From the NCBI GenBank assembly GCA_965246715.1, contig CBDFFH010000012.1:112875-176874 (forward strand): DNA of 64,000 bases, written 5' to 3'. A model generated the notes under the pieces. The model worked only from the letters and a program-made list of their open reading frames with translations, searched no databases and was not told the origin of the DNA. Each line of letters begins with the position of its first letter. The stretch's first letter is position 1. This document shows positions 1 through 10,551 of this stretch, piece by piece. The DNA is from Chamaesiphon sp. GTDB taxonomy: Bacteria > Cyanobacteriota > Cyanobacteriia > Cyanobacteriales > Chamaesiphonaceae. The translations under genes were made by a program, and so were the position numbers.

Positions 1-117
1 TACCACTAGTCAAACTTTTAGATTTTCTCCACCGCGAGGGGCTAAAAAAGTTAAATCGGTATCCAGCGATTTACTTAAATTACTTCAATAAAGCTCGAAT
101 CTAATCGCTGCGATGCA

Positions 118-150
118 ATATCCCCGACTTCTTCGAGAAGTCGGGGATAT
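118..150. repeat. 33-bp palindromic REP-like repeat, possible terminator of acsF
   Basis: ATATCCCCGACTTCTTCGAGAAGTCGGGGATAT hairpin; identical copy at 8714-8746. Confidence 0.85.
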
Positions 151-232
151 TTTGTTGCTAACCAATCGAAAAAATGGCTCTGTTATAGACAGAACCATCA
201 TCCCATAGGAATCCAAAATTAGGTCGATCGTG

Positions 233-1309
233 TTAGCGAACTACACCTGCTTGTTTAGTCATATCGATCGGTTTAATCAGATACAAGCGGAGTAATTTTA
301 CACCCATCGACACGATTATCGGTAGATTCTGAATCTTTTTCAAAAACTTAGGTGTGTTGGATTGTGAGGAGGCGACTAATTTTAGATAGTCTGCGGCACA
401 CTTATCTAAAGTTTGGAAGAATGCTGGACGATCTACATCCAAAATCACGGGGAATACTCGTCCCGCAGTTTTATTGGTTTCTTGGATGACTTCGATATCA
501 AAATCGCGGCTATTCATCCCCAAAATTCCGTAGAATTTGCTTTCTCGATCGCGGAGATACATCGTGGCAAATACCGCCAACAGGAAGAACCGACACCAGA
601 GTTTTGCTCTCCAGTCATTCAGGAGTTGGGGTTGGGCGCGCATGAGCGCATCAAAGAAATCACCATGACGATTCTCGTCTTGGCACCAGTTATCAAAGAA
701 ATGGAAGATCGGATAGATCCGATTTTCGGGATTTGCTTCTAAGTGACGGAAAATTTTGATATAGCGCCAGTACCCAATCTTCTCTGATAGGTACACTGAG
801 TAGAAAATAAATTTGGGTTTGAAGAAGGTGTATTTGTGATTTTGAGTCAGAAAGCCCAAATCGAGCGAGAGTCCAAAGTCGGACATCGCTTTATTAAGGA
901 AGCCAGCATGACGCGCTTCATCTCGCGACAGGAGGTTAAAGCCTTCAGCGAGGATCGGATTCTTGTCCTTGAGCCGACGACTGAGTTCTTTGTAGAGCAA
1001 AAATCCCGAAAATTCTGAAGTGCAAGAACTTTCGAGAAACTCGATAAATATCTGCCGGGTTTCTGTTGGGAGATCGTCCCAAGAGCGATCGAATCTTTCA
1101 TCCCTTACGAAGTGGGTGCGGTTATAATCAACCCGAAATTCTTCGATAATCGCTAGCAACTCATCTTCATTGACGGAGAGATCCATTTTCGCAATCTCTT
1201 CAAAGTCGGTTGTGTAGAACCGAGGCGTAAGAAGAGTTTCTTTGGCGGGGCGTTTGACCCCTGGTCTTAATTCGTCAAATGATGTTTGTTTTGTAAGGGA
1301 ATTTACCAT
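233..1309 (-). CDS. acsF: Mg-protoporphyrin IX monomethyl ester oxidative cyclase (diiron)
   Basis: [46 protein letters not shown] and [10 protein letters not shown] motifs. Confidence 0.97.
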   Translation of the reverse strand: MVNSLTKQTSFDELRPGVKRPAKETLLTPRFYTTDFEEIAKMDLSVNEDELLAIIEEFRVDYNRTHFVRDERFDRSWDDLPTETRQIFIEFLESSCTSEFSGFLLYKELSRRLKDKNPILAEGFNLLSRDEARHAGFLNKAMSDFGLSLDLGFLTQNHKYTFFKPKFIFYSVYLSEKIGYWRYIKIFRHLEANPENRIYPIFHFFDNWCQDENRHGDFFDALMRAQPQLLNDWRAKLWCRFFLLAVFATMYLRDRESKFYGILGMNSRDFDIEVIQETNKTAGRVFPVILDVDRPAFFQTLDKCAADYLKLVASSQSNTPKFLKKIQNLPIIVSMGVKLLRLYLIKPIDMTKQAGVVR

Positions 1310-1649
1310 AGTGATTTTTTCTATAACTAAGATCGATCGCGGGATGGCGCTTTAGAGTGAAAACTCAGCTAACACCAAGCGTTTGTTTTTAAAAAGCCTC
1401 TCGGCAGGTGGATCGATCGCCACGATCGCTCAGATATCGATCGCCTTTACTATTGAAGTGTACCAATTCTGGGCTGATGGATCGGGATCTTTGTGTTAAG
1501 AGTTGCTAAGGATCGGGACACCCAGACGGTTTCAAGTGGGTAGTAGTAGATCTATTATTACCGACAAGGGGCACCTCTATGATTACTGACATTACTAGAT
1601 CTGCAATCTCGATCGCTGAAACTCGACCGATTGCCGCAATAATATTGAG

Positions 1650-2447
1650 ATGCACATCGATACGCTTGCCTACACCAACCGCCTCTGTCGGCTCCCACCC
1701 GAACAAAAGCTAGGTTTTGCCCTAGTTCTATTATTTATTACGTATTTAACACCAATCCCGATCCAATTACTAATTCTCGGCTGGGTGTCGATTTGGATCG
1801 CGATCTATGCCAGGATTCCCGTTGGGGTATATCTCCGGTTGTTATGGCTGACGGCGATGTTTTGGCTCAGTAGCGTCCCCGCGATCGTGTTAAATGGGGT
1901 AGGATTTGCCGATCTAGATCGAGTTCGAGTGGATGCGCTCTGGGGTTGGCAAGTTGGCGATTATTATCTATATATCAGTCAGCATGGGTTGATTCAAGCT
2001 GGCGAACTGGGAGTACGCACGATCGCGACATCAGCTTGCATGTATCTGATTTTGCTCACCGTCCCATTTGTGGCGATGCTCGATATTTTCCGGCGCTGCG
2101 GTTGTCCGACACTACTCACCGAATTATTATTTTTAATGTATCGGTTTATCTTCATCTTGCTCGATACTGCACAAGAACTCTGGATCGCCCAAAATGCGCG
2201 CGGTGGCTATCGTACGCGGCGATTGTGGATGCAGAGTATCGCCCTATTAGTGGGTCAATTATTACGCCGGACGATGCAAAATTATCAACAGGTATCGCTG
2301 AGTTTGGCAGCGAGGGGATTTAATGGTGAGTTTCAAGTATGGCACTCGCGATCGTATCAACCCTCGCGCCGCTATAGCTTAGAAGCCGCGATCGGTTGTA
2401 CGATTCTAGTAACCTTGGCTGGATGGATGTATGTTACTAGAGTTTGA
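1650..2447 (+). CDS. cbiQ: cobalt ECF transporter T component
   Basis: hydrophobic protein with LMYRFIFILL, AQNARGG and LAARGFNG EcfT motifs; overlaps the downstream ATPase gene. Confidence 0.9.
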   Translation: MHIDTLAYTNRLCRLPPEQKLGFALVLLFITYLTPIPIQLLILGWVSIWIAIYARIPVGVYLRLLWLTAMFWLSSVPAIVLNGVGFADLDRVRVDALWGWQVGDYYLYISQHGLIQAGELGVRTIATSACMYLILLTVPFVAMLDIFRRCGCPTLLTELLFLMYRFIFILLDTAQELWIAQNARGGYRTRRLWMQSIALLVGQLLRRTMQNYQQVSLSLAARGFNGEFQVWHSRSYQPSRRYSLEAAIGCTILVTLAGWMYVTRV

Positions 2448-3279
2448 GCGCGTTAGTTATACCTACAGCGGTAGCCAGCGTCCAGCTATTGTCGATCTCT
2501 CGCTCCAAGTTCCCACTGGCAAACGCTGCGCCCTGATCGGGCAAAATGGTTGTGGGAAAACAACGCTATTTTTACTAGCAAATGGCCTATACAAACCCCA
2601 ACAGGGCAAGATCTCCTGGCAACAGCAGCCGTTTAAATACGATCGATCCAACTTGATGAAACTGCGCCAGCAGGTAGGCTTAGTCTTCCAAAATCCCGAA
2701 CAGCAAATCGTCGCGACGACGGTAGAAGAAGATATTTCTTACGGCTTATACAATCTTGGGTTACCTACTTCCATTGTGTCCGAACGCGTCCGCCAAGCCC
2801 TGCTCGACTTCGATCTGACCGAATTAGCCCAAACACCCATTCATCACCTCAGTCTGGGGCAAAAAAAGCGGGTGTCGATCGCGGATGTAATGGTACTCCA
2901 GCCAGAGTTACTCCTATTAGACGAACCCACCGCTTATCTCGATCCGCGTCATACCCGCTTATTGCTCGCTACCTTGCAACAAATTCATGCCAATGGGACG
3001 ACAATTCTAATGGCGACTCACGATTTGGATCTCGTCTATCGTTGGGCAGATTGGTTGCTAGTCATGGATCGGGGAAAATTAATCCTGGCTGGTACTCCGG
3101 CTGAAATCTTCAGCCAGACCGAAATTTTATCAGCCTTAGAACTTGATTTACCGATCGCGGTAGATTTATTAGTTGAAATTAAGCTATTAATCGATCGGGA
3201 TAAATTGCTCGATCGAGATGCGACTCAGTTAGAGGATCTTTATCAAAAATTGCAAGCAAAGATGCGAACTTTTTCCTGA
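2431..3279 (+). CDS. cbiO: ECF transporter ATP-binding subunit
   Basis: Walker A GQNGCGKT, VFQNPEQQ, LSLGQKKRV, LLLDEPT, ATHD. Confidence 0.9.
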   Translation: MLLEFERVSYTYSGSQRPAIVDLSLQVPTGKRCALIGQNGCGKTTLFLLANGLYKPQQGKISWQQQPFKYDRSNLMKLRQQVGLVFQNPEQQIVATTVEEDISYGLYNLGLPTSIVSERVRQALLDFDLTELAQTPIHHLSLGQKKRVSIADVMVLQPELLLLDEPTAYLDPRHTRLLLATLQQIHANGTTILMATHDLDLVYRWADWLLVMDRGKLILAGTPAEIFSQTEILSALELDLPIAVDLLVEIKLLIDRDKLLDRDATQLEDLYQKLQAKMRTFS

Positions 3280-3351
3280 TGTTTTCATGCTAAAAATGTG
3301 TGTAAATTGCTAGTGGAGTCGGGTGGGGTTTCGATCGACTTGCACTAAGGA

Positions 3352-3628
3352 GACCTCATTTCGGGTTGAGGATGTCCACTTAACCGCTCCTAGCTTCGTT
3401 TTGAAACCGCCCCCGAAAAATAAACCCTAACCCACAGATCGACCTATAGTGCGAAGCTAATGCGAAGCGCGCTCCGCTGCGAACAAACCAATCCTTGTGC
3501 AAGGAAGTTTGAGGGGCGGCACCCCGCTCCTCAACGGGGGGTCTGGGGGAAGCCTCCCCCAGATCCGGGTTCTACAACACCAGTGATTTTTGCAGTACAG
3601 ATCTCTTGTCTCAACCCGAACTTAAGTT
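3352..3628. mobile_element. MITE-like element with REP-type hairpin interior
   Basis: ends TTCGGGTTGAG...CTCAACCCGAA; about 50 bp of the left end closely matches the reverse complement of the right end of the element at 30768-31006; interior GGGGGTCTGGGGGAAGCCTCCCCCAG hairpin. Confidence 0.7.
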
Positions 3629-3643
3629 AAATAACCCAAGTTG

Positions 3644-4453
3644 CTAACCTCGCGAAGCGCCCAATCGCAACCAAGACTGTTTGCGGGGGAGGGGCGCGGC
3701 GAGCTGCATCACCCGCTCTAGCAACTGTGGGACGAGATAATTACCCCAGATGGCTAGATGACTTTGCCAACCGATCGAGATTTCATTGACATCGTGCTCG
3801 ATCCCTCGGATTAGCGCCTGGGCGACGCGTTGGGGCGACATGGGGACTACCCAGCGGAATAACTGCAAATCGCGAACCATGTCGGTATCGGTTAATGTCG
3901 GCAATAACACGATCGCGCGGACATTATGGCTGGCGAGTTCGCCGCGTAGTGCTTGAGTGAAGCCGACGATCGCAAATTTAGTCGCTGAATAAGTAGACAT
4001 CGTCGGTGCCGCCACCTTGCCCATCAAGCTCGCTACATTAACGATCGTCCCTTCGCGTTGGGATACCATCCGCCGGGCGATTAACCGCGTAATTGTATAC
4101 ATCCCAAGTAAGTTGATCGCGATCTCTTCTTGAACGTGCGGTAACTTGGATTGGAGAAAAGGCGCTTGATAGGCAACTCCCGCACAATTTACCAGGAGGT
4201 GAATCTGCCCGTAATCCCGCCATGCTTGCGAAATTACGACATTGACTCGAACGCGATCGGTTAGATCGACAGCTATGGGGATGACTTCGACACCCATTGC
4301 GGCGAGATCGACGGCGACTTCACCCAATCGATCGGCATTGCGGGCAACGATTAGCAGGCGCTTGATACCAGCTTTGGCTAGTTCGAAAGCGATCGCTTGT
4401 CCGATGCCCCGCGATGCGCCTGTAACGAGGGCTGTTTTTCCTGTAATATTCAT
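3644..4453 (-). CDS. short-chain dehydrogenase/reductase
   Basis: TGASRGIG, VNCAG, YSATK (YxxxK); start placed at MNITGK (track ORF extends to 4507). Confidence 0.93.
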   Translation of the reverse strand: MNITGKTALVTGASRGIGQAIAFELAKAGIKRLLIVARNADRLGEVAVDLAAMGVEVIPIAVDLTDRVRVNVVISQAWRDYGQIHLLVNCAGVAYQAPFLQSKLPHVQEEIAINLLGMYTITRLIARRMVSQREGTIVNVASLMGKVAAPTMSTYSATKFAIVGFTQALRGELASHNVRAIVLLPTLTDTDMVRDLQLFRWVVPMSPQRVAQALIRGIEHDVNEISIGWQSHLAIWGNYLVPQLLERVMQLAAPLPRKQSWLRLGASRG

Positions 4454-5183
4454 CTTTAAAACCTTCAAAGCTAAGGCTCCGCTGTCGCTAATGAATTGGT
4501 GTTTCATTAGCTCGCAGCAGTAAACCGGGGACTGGAATTTAAGTTAAATACTGAGTAGATGTATGGACTGACTGACTGTTTCTGCGATATTACGACAGAA
4601 ATTGAGGTGCAACGATATTGGGAGCGAAGCGGCGATCGTCTAAATTCAGCCAGTTGATGGTTATCCGCGAAATGTCCAGCTTGGTGAGGGATTAAACATT
4701 CAGTATCTTTCCTCAGTATGAAACGTTAACTCGAACTGTTGTTTCGTAAGCACACCTTATCAAATAGGTCGAGCAGTTGCAATATTTATTCGCAAACTCT
4801 TACTATCGAGACATATCTCTACATGATTCTCAGGGATCGCGATCGTAGTTAGTAGTACGCACAGATCCTGCTGTGACAAGAGTTTGCCGAGTCAAATACT
4901 ACGAACTACCGCACACATTTTATGAGAAGTGCAAAGTTTAATGAGAACTGGAATACATATAAATGTTGTCTTGAAAGCGACCGAGATCGCTAATTTCTGG
5001 TTAAAACAGCGAAATAGTCCTCGATCGCCAGCGCTCGAGCTAGTCAACCAAATAATACTCAAATTCAAACATCACTCTACTATCTTGGATGAGTATATAA
5101 CTTCGGCGAATTGCGATTCGCCCAAGGCTGGCTCAACCAGCGAGTTATGACATCTACAGATATTAAATAACGGAGTAGTTATC

Positions 5184-5417
5184 ATGTCACAATCTCCACA
5201 AAATCAGCCACCTGCTGTAATCCCAGCACCAGCAACAAACGATCCGCCAACTAATCGTCGCAATGATTGGGTTTGGGGATTTTCCGCCCAATCTGAGATT
5301 TGGAATAGTCGGTTGGCGATGATTGGATTCGTCGCGGTTTTGGCGATCGAATTGTTCTCTGGTGATGGTGTATTACACTTTTGGAACATCCTCAGTCATC
5401 CAGAAATATTGCCCTAG
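5184..5417 (+). CDS. hli: high-light-inducible protein (Hlip/SCP)
   Basis: WGFSAQSEIWNSRLAMIGF chlorophyll-binding ExxNxR helix; GGAG RBS upstream. Confidence 0.93.
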   Translation: MSQSPQNQPPAVIPAPATNDPPTNRRNDWVWGFSAQSEIWNSRLAMIGFVAVLAIELFSGDGVLHFWNILSHPEILP

Positions 5418-5440
5418 CGCGATCGGGTTAACGCTTTGAC

Positions 5441-5500
5441 GGTACCCACAAGGGGCACCCCTAAACAATCAACCTGTAGGGGTGCCTCTCGTGGGTACCC
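5441..5500. repeat. GTAG-type REP doublet
   Basis: GGTACCCACAAGGGGCACCCCTA...TAGGGGTGCCTCTCGTGGGTACC inverted pair; related copy at about 53637-53712. Confidence 0.75.
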
Positions 5501-5981
5501 TAGATCTCTGGTTAGCATTAGTATTTTCAAACTGGTGCTCCCATAAATATGAAATCCCCCAATTCGGGAGCTAAGCGCGATCGCCATTCAATCCACTCGA
5601 TTTTTTCCTAGTAAATGATGATGTCCGCTGTGATGCTATTTCAGTATCTGCCACCGATCTAGTACCTTGGAAAATATTGACAATCCACGAGAAATATCTA
5701 GCTCAGACATAGAAGAGTATATATCCAAAGAGAGATATTATTGCCGATCGCAATCGTTACAATCGAAGCAATCACTTAATAAATCTTAAACAAGTCTAAA
5801 GAATGTCTCGACGAGTGATGCTATGTTCCGATGCTAGCTACATTGAGAACCCTGCTAAAATCGGTAACTTTAAGCACTAATCTCTCACATCAAATGTTGA
5901 AAAAAGTGATTTAATTTACAGTTTTAGTAGCAAGAGATCGGAACTCGATTGACACGGACTTGTGGCTTTGGGTAGTTACTC

Positions 5982-6785
5982 ATGATAAAAACAACCGCCA
6001 AGATCGAACAGTCTAATATCGAACGCATCAGTACGCTCAAATATTACAAACAAGGCGCAGTCCAGCCCATAAACAGTTCTTACCTCGACCAGACTGCGGC
6101 AAGAATGCTCGAACTCGATCGAGATCGGGCGATCGGGCAAGAATACACTTTACCGATTCCTTATCTGTGTCAGATTTATCACCTCCTCAATCTCAAGCAT
6201 TTAGAAGTAGTTCATGGATTCAGTCTCAATGGTCTGAAAATTAGTAGTATCGATTTATTTGAAACAACAAATACTGGCGGAACGATTAAGTTCAAAACAG
6301 TCCTAGTATCTTCGTTAAATTTCTTGAGAATTTGGCGACAGCCCGTAGTCGATGTCGAGCTAACATTGCTCAATCCTTACACGATCGAGCTAAATGTTGG
6401 TATTTACAGAAACAAAAAAATTACGGTAATGTTCAATGTTTTACCACTGAGTGAAAACGAACACAAACTGTTCATTGACATCTACAGTAGTGTCGGCATT
6501 GCCAAGCCCATCTTGCAGGTTCTATTGCACGTTGCATCTTGTCTGACTGTATTTGAAGATCTCCCCTACCTCCGCAAACTAGCCAAGAAAAATCCACGCC
6601 GTCTGCTCAGATCTGCCAAACGTTCAAAATGCCAAACCATGCAGCTATTCAATCGATTTGTCGATTTGTATGCAGCTAAGTCAGAGCAACTACCATTGAT
6701 GAATGCGATCGCGCTCAAACCTGGGTTGTCAGCTCTCCACAATCTAGCCGATAGCAATAGCTCGACCGCTCCTCAACCTGCATAA
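5982..6785 (+). CDS. hypothetical protein; possible catalytic-domain-only relative of Rieske non-heme iron oxygenases
   Basis: 267-aa ORF 25 bp before ftsH; HLLNLKHLEVVH (H-x4-H) and later VFEDLPYL; no CxH...CxxH Rieske motif. Confidence 0.7.
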   Translation: MIKTTAKIEQSNIERISTLKYYKQGAVQPINSSYLDQTAARMLELDRDRAIGQEYTLPIPYLCQIYHLLNLKHLEVVHGFSLNGLKISSIDLFETTNTGGTIKFKTVLVSSLNFLRIWRQPVVDVELTLLNPYTIELNVGIYRNKKITVMFNVLPLSENEHKLFIDIYSSVGIAKPILQVLLHVASCLTVFEDLPYLRKLAKKNPRRLLRSAKRSKCQTMQLFNRFVDLYAAKSEQLPLMNAIALKPGLSALHNLADSNSSTAPQPA

Positions 6786-6810
6786 ATTTTAGTAAAAATA
6801 ACCGCTCGTT

Positions 6811-8691
6811 ATGCCCATCAAAGAACAACCTACACCCCCACGTTCCCCACTAATTAATAGCATCGTGCTATCGATCGGTACGCTATTCCTGATTGCTAGC
6901 TTAGTCTTGCCAAACGGCTTGGGGCAACAGACTTCAGCAGTACCCTACAGTCTGTTCGTGCATCAGATCGAGCAAGGGCAAGTTCAGCGCGTGCAGATCG
7001 GCCAAAATCAGATTCGGTTTCAATTAAAACCAGTTGAGGGTAAAGAACCGCAGATTTTTACCACCACACCAATCTTCGATCTAAACTTGCCCAAGTTACT
7101 CGAAGACAAAGGGGTGGAATTTGCCGCCGAGCCACCGCCAACTAATGGCTGGATCGGTAATGTTTTGAGCTGGGTCGTACCACCGCTGATCTTTGTCGCC
7201 ATCTGGCAATTTTTTATCCGCCGTGCGGGTGGTGGCGGTCAGGGAGTACTATCGATCGGTAAAAGCAAAGCCAAAATTTATGTTGAGGGCGAAGCTGGCA
7301 AAACCACCTTTGCTGATGTGGCTGGAGTTGAGGAAGCCAAAGCTGAGTTAGTCGAAATTGTCGAATTTCTCAAGACCCCCGGACGCTACATTGAGATCGG
7401 CGCGCGTATTCCTAAGGGTGTGTTATTAGTCGGCCCACCAGGAACTGGGAAAACGTTGCTAGCCAAAGCAGTTGCTGGGGAAGCGGGCGTGCCCTTCTTT
7501 AGTATTTCCGGTTCGGAATTTGTCGAAATGTTCGTCGGCGTTGGTTCTTCCCGCGTGCGCGACTTGTTCGAGCAAGCCAAAAAACAAGCTCCTTGTATCG
7601 TCTTTATCGATGAGCTAGATGCGATCGGTAAATCGCGCAGCAGTGGTGGTTTCTACGGCGGCAATGACGAGCGGGAACAGACACTCAACCAGTTGCTGGC
7701 GGAAATGGATGGATTTGCCCCTGGCACCGATACTGTCATCGTCCTAGCCGCCACCAACCGTCCTGAAATCCTCGATCCGGCGCTCTTACGTCCCGGTCGC
7801 TTCGATCGACAAGTATTAGTCGATCGGCCTGACAAAGCTGGCCGCGAAGCAATTCTTAAGATCCACTCCCAAAAAGTGAAGCTAGGTGCAGATGTAGATC
7901 TCAAAGCGATCGCCACCCGTACGCCGGGTTTTGCTGGGGCAGAACTAGCAAATCTCGTTAACGAAGCGGCATTATTAGCGGCGCGCGATCGACGGGAAAC
8001 GGTAGCACAGGCAGACTTTGCTGAAGCGATCGAGCGAGTAGTCGCTGGGTTGGAGAAGAAAAGTCGCGTCCTCAATGAGAAGGAAAAGAAAATCGTCGCC
8101 TATCATGAAGTCGGTCATGCGCTCGTTGGCTCCCTGATGCCTGGAAGCGATCGCGTTGAAAAAATCTCGATCGTCTCGCGTGGGATGGCAGCGCTGGGTT
8201 ACACGCTACAACTCCCGACCGAAGATCGGTTCTTGCGGGATGAAACCGAACTACGCGGTCAAATTGCGACTCTGCTCGGGGGTCGATCGGCAGAAGAAAT
8301 CGTCTTTGGTAATATCACCACTGGCGCAGCCAACGATCTTCAACGCGCTACCGATCTCGCCGAGCAAATGGTAACTACATTTGGCATGAGTAAGGTCTTG
8401 GGGCCATTGGCATATCAACAAGGACAGCAAGCTAATTTCCTGAATGATGGCACCCCCAATCCGCGCCGCGTACTAAGCGAAGAGACAGCACAAGCGATCG
8501 ATCGCGAAGTCAAAGAAATTATCGAAACCGCACACCAGCAAGCCTTGGATACGATCGGCCGCAACCGCGATCTCCTCGAAACCATCACCGCGCAACTCTT
8601 GGAAACCGAGACGATCGAAGGCGAGAAGTTATATGCTCTCCTCAGTCAAGCACATTCAGATCCGCTAGTGCATTCAGAGCTAAAGGTATAA
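6811..8691 (+). CDS. ftsH: ATP-dependent zinc metalloprotease FtsH (likely FtsH4 type)
   Basis: two N-terminal TM helices, [29 protein letters not shown]. Confidence 0.97.
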   Translation: MPIKEQPTPPRSPLINSIVLSIGTLFLIASLVLPNGLGQQTSAVPYSLFVHQIEQGQVQRVQIGQNQIRFQLKPVEGKEPQIFTTTPIFDLNLPKLLEDKGVEFAAEPPPTNGWIGNVLSWVVPPLIFVAIWQFFIRRAGGGGQGVLSIGKSKAKIYVEGEAGKTTFADVAGVEEAKAELVEIVEFLKTPGRYIEIGARIPKGVLLVGPPGTGKTLLAKAVAGEAGVPFFSISGSEFVEMFVGVGSSRVRDLFEQAKKQAPCIVFIDELDAIGKSRSSGGFYGGNDEREQTLNQLLAEMDGFAPGTDTVIVLAATNRPEILDPALLRPGRFDRQVLVDRPDKAGREAILKIHSQKVKLGADVDLKAIATRTPGFAGAELANLVNEAALLAARDRRETVAQADFAEAIERVVAGLEKKSRVLNEKEKKIVAYHEVGHALVGSLMPGSDRVEKISIVSRGMAALGYTLQLPTEDRFLRDETELRGQIATLLGGRSAEEIVFGNITTGAANDLQRATDLAEQMVTTFGMSKVLGPLAYQQGQQANFLNDGTPNPRRVLSEETAQAIDREVKEIIETAHQQALDTIGRNRDLLETITAQLLETETIEGEKLYALLSQAHSDPLVHSELKV

Positions 8692-8713
8692 CAATTATTT
8701 TCGATCCTAAAAC

Positions 8714-8746
8714 ATATCCCCGACTTCTTCGAGAAGTCGGGGATAT
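8714..8746. repeat. 33-bp palindromic repeat, likely terminator between ftsH and nblA
   Basis: identical to 118-150; lies between convergent genes. Confidence 0.85.
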
Positions 8747-8833
8747 TGCGATAAAGTGTGGTGGCAAAAGCAGTAAATCGTAGTATCGATCGATTAGCGA
8801 TTTCGAGTGCCGATCGGCCATCGAGTCATGAAT

Positions 8834-9004
8834 TTATAGCTGCTTAATCATCAAGTGTTTGATGACATTTTCTTTAATCGCCAACTGTCTCAGCAAAGCC
8901 AATAGGCATTCTTGGGTCTGTTCGTAGTTCAATTCTTTGACTTGTTCTGCTTGAATCTTTAAACTAAATTCTTGCTCGATGGTCAATTCAATTGGAATTT
9001 CCAT
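8834..9004 (-). CDS. nblA: phycobilisome degradation adaptor NblA (56 aa, not in ORF track)
   Basis: manual translation MEIPIELTIEQEFSLKIQAEQVKELNYEQTQECLLALLRQLAIKENVIKHLMIKQL; L(S/T)xEQxF ... Q...KEN pattern of NblA. Confidence 0.92.
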   Translation of the reverse strand: MEIPIELTIEQEFSLKIQAEQVKELNYEQTQECLLALLRQLAIKENVIKHLMIKQL

Positions 9005-9248
9005 TTATTGTGCTGGGTATTTAGGAAGCAACGATCCGACTATGTAAATAAATATAACGTATTTTTGACAAAGTGTCGATCTTGAATGTCACTATTTGCT
9101 CGATCGAGAGGGTGTCCCGACCGAGCGAAATTGTTAAAATAAGTAAGATCGTCAAGCAATCGCACCAAATGCTAGGGCTAGCTGCGATCTGGATCGATCG
9201 AGTATTGTCGCAGTGAGTGACATCGATCGTTGTTTTTGAGTTAATTAG

Positions 9249-9866
9249 GTGAATCCGCAGATGATGGACGTAATGGAATTTTTTCAGCATAGTGCTGGTA
9301 GATGGCGATCGAAACGGACGACTCATCATCTGGCATTTAGAAGATCTGAGATGGGCGAATCTGAGATTGAAGTCAAAGCACTCGATGCTAAGGATCCACA
9401 GGTAATCGCGCTGTGTGAGTTGCATCAGGTCGATCCTAACTTAGCTGTCGGCGGTTGCTACGTCACTTGGGCAGCGTCGATGGGTTGGGATCAAGAAGGT
9501 GAAAACCATGAGGGTCAGACGGTATTTGCCCTCGTCCCTGATGCTGACAACCCGCGCAACGGACAGTTATTACGCGATCGTGGTTATGCCGAAATCGTGG
9601 CGGTCAACGGGCACTATCATATGGATGAAGATGGTGGATTGGTGCTGACGACTGATTATGACATCATGAGTTCGGTGGAGCGGTTCTGGTTCCCGAGTCC
9701 GAATGTTCGCGTTCGCAGTAGTACGGTGAAGCGGATGGGGGGATTTAGTACGGCGACTTTTTGTACCGAAACTCGCGTTGGTGCCGATGAGTTGGCGACA
9801 CCACAACCAGAAATTGCCACAGCACAACTAGATGCCAAGGCGTTGGTTTCCCCGCTTGGTTGGTAA
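9249..9866 (+). CDS. cpcS: S-type phycobiliprotein lyase (CpcS/CpeS family)
   Basis: FFQHSAGRWRSKRTTHHLAF, LLRDRGYAE, ERFWF, FCTE; true start may be an ATG at 9261-9273. Confidence 0.92.
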   Translation: MNPQMMDVMEFFQHSAGRWRSKRTTHHLAFRRSEMGESEIEVKALDAKDPQVIALCELHQVDPNLAVGGCYVTWAASMGWDQEGENHEGQTVFALVPDADNPRNGQLLRDRGYAEIVAVNGHYHMDEDGGLVLTTDYDIMSSVERFWFPSPNVRVRSSTVKRMGGFSTATFCTETRVGADELATPQPEIATAQLDAKALVSPLGW

Positions 9867-9951
9867 TCGACAACCGCTAGCTTATCAGCAAGGGGTGGAG
9901 TATTTAGCCAAAATTTCAACATTTTTGCCAGATCGCCGATCGATCGATGTG

Positions 9952-10413
9952 ATGTCCAATCTCCGCGATCGCGAGTCGATCTGTATCTGGATTGGCAACT
10001 CGATCGAGACGGTAAATTTCCAACTTCAGGCTCATCTAAACGCCTGTGCTGAGTGCTTTATGCCACTCGATCGGCGATCGATTCAGATCTTCGCCGTACC
10101 ACTTGCTGCGTCCATGCAGCTCGATGGTTTTTGCAATATCGAGATCGTGCCAGTGACGATTTTAGTCGATGTCGGTCGGGTCGCACCAGCGGATTGGCTG
10201 GCGCTAGTAGCGCATGAGTACGCCCACGCGCATCTGGGTATTGCCGGACACGATCGATCGTATGCCCAGATCCTCAATCATCTCTGTCTGGGATTGGGAC
10301 TCGCACAGCCACTACCCCGAGCTGAAGCAGATTTATTATTTTGGCCACCTTACTCACCACAGCTAGATCCCCTTGCATTATGGCGTGGTGAAGCGCTCTT
10401 CGATCGGTCATAA
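9952..10413 (+). CDS. putative HEXXH zinc metallopeptidase-like protein
   Basis: AHEYAHAHLG...GHD; start uncertain (track ORF starts at 9832). Confidence 0.7.
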   Translation: MSNLRDRESICIWIGNSIETVNFQLQAHLNACAECFMPLDRRSIQIFAVPLAASMQLDGFCNIEIVPVTILVDVGRVAPADWLALVAHEYAHAHLGIAGHDRSYAQILNHLCLGLGLAQPLPRAEADLLFWPPYSPQLDPLALWRGEALFDRS

Positions 10414-10495
10414 TTGCAGAGAGCGCGATCTCTACAAGCTCGATTTCGCCAACAGTGAGTTTACCAACCTTAAAGGTTGATACCCAAAAATAGAA

Positions 10496-10523
10496 GCGTG
10501 GAATCGAAATTAATTCCACGCTC
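10496..10523 (-). terminator. intrinsic terminator after petF
   Basis: AGCGTGGAAT...ATTCCACGCT hairpin with T-rich tail on the minus strand. Confidence 0.65.
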
Positions 10524-10551
10524 CTAATAACTAACTCTCCGAGATTAACTC

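Noticed and set aside
1310..1650. Cobalamin riboswitch upstream of cbiQ or acsF
   Set aside because: No B12-box or GGGAA...GGUG core recognised on either strand
4929..5150. 73-aa ORF upstream of hli
   Set aside because: GTG start, no RBS or recognisable motif; probably promoter/UTR sequence
9021..9425. 134-aa minus-strand ORF
   Set aside because: Antisense to cpcS and spans the nblA promoter; no motif
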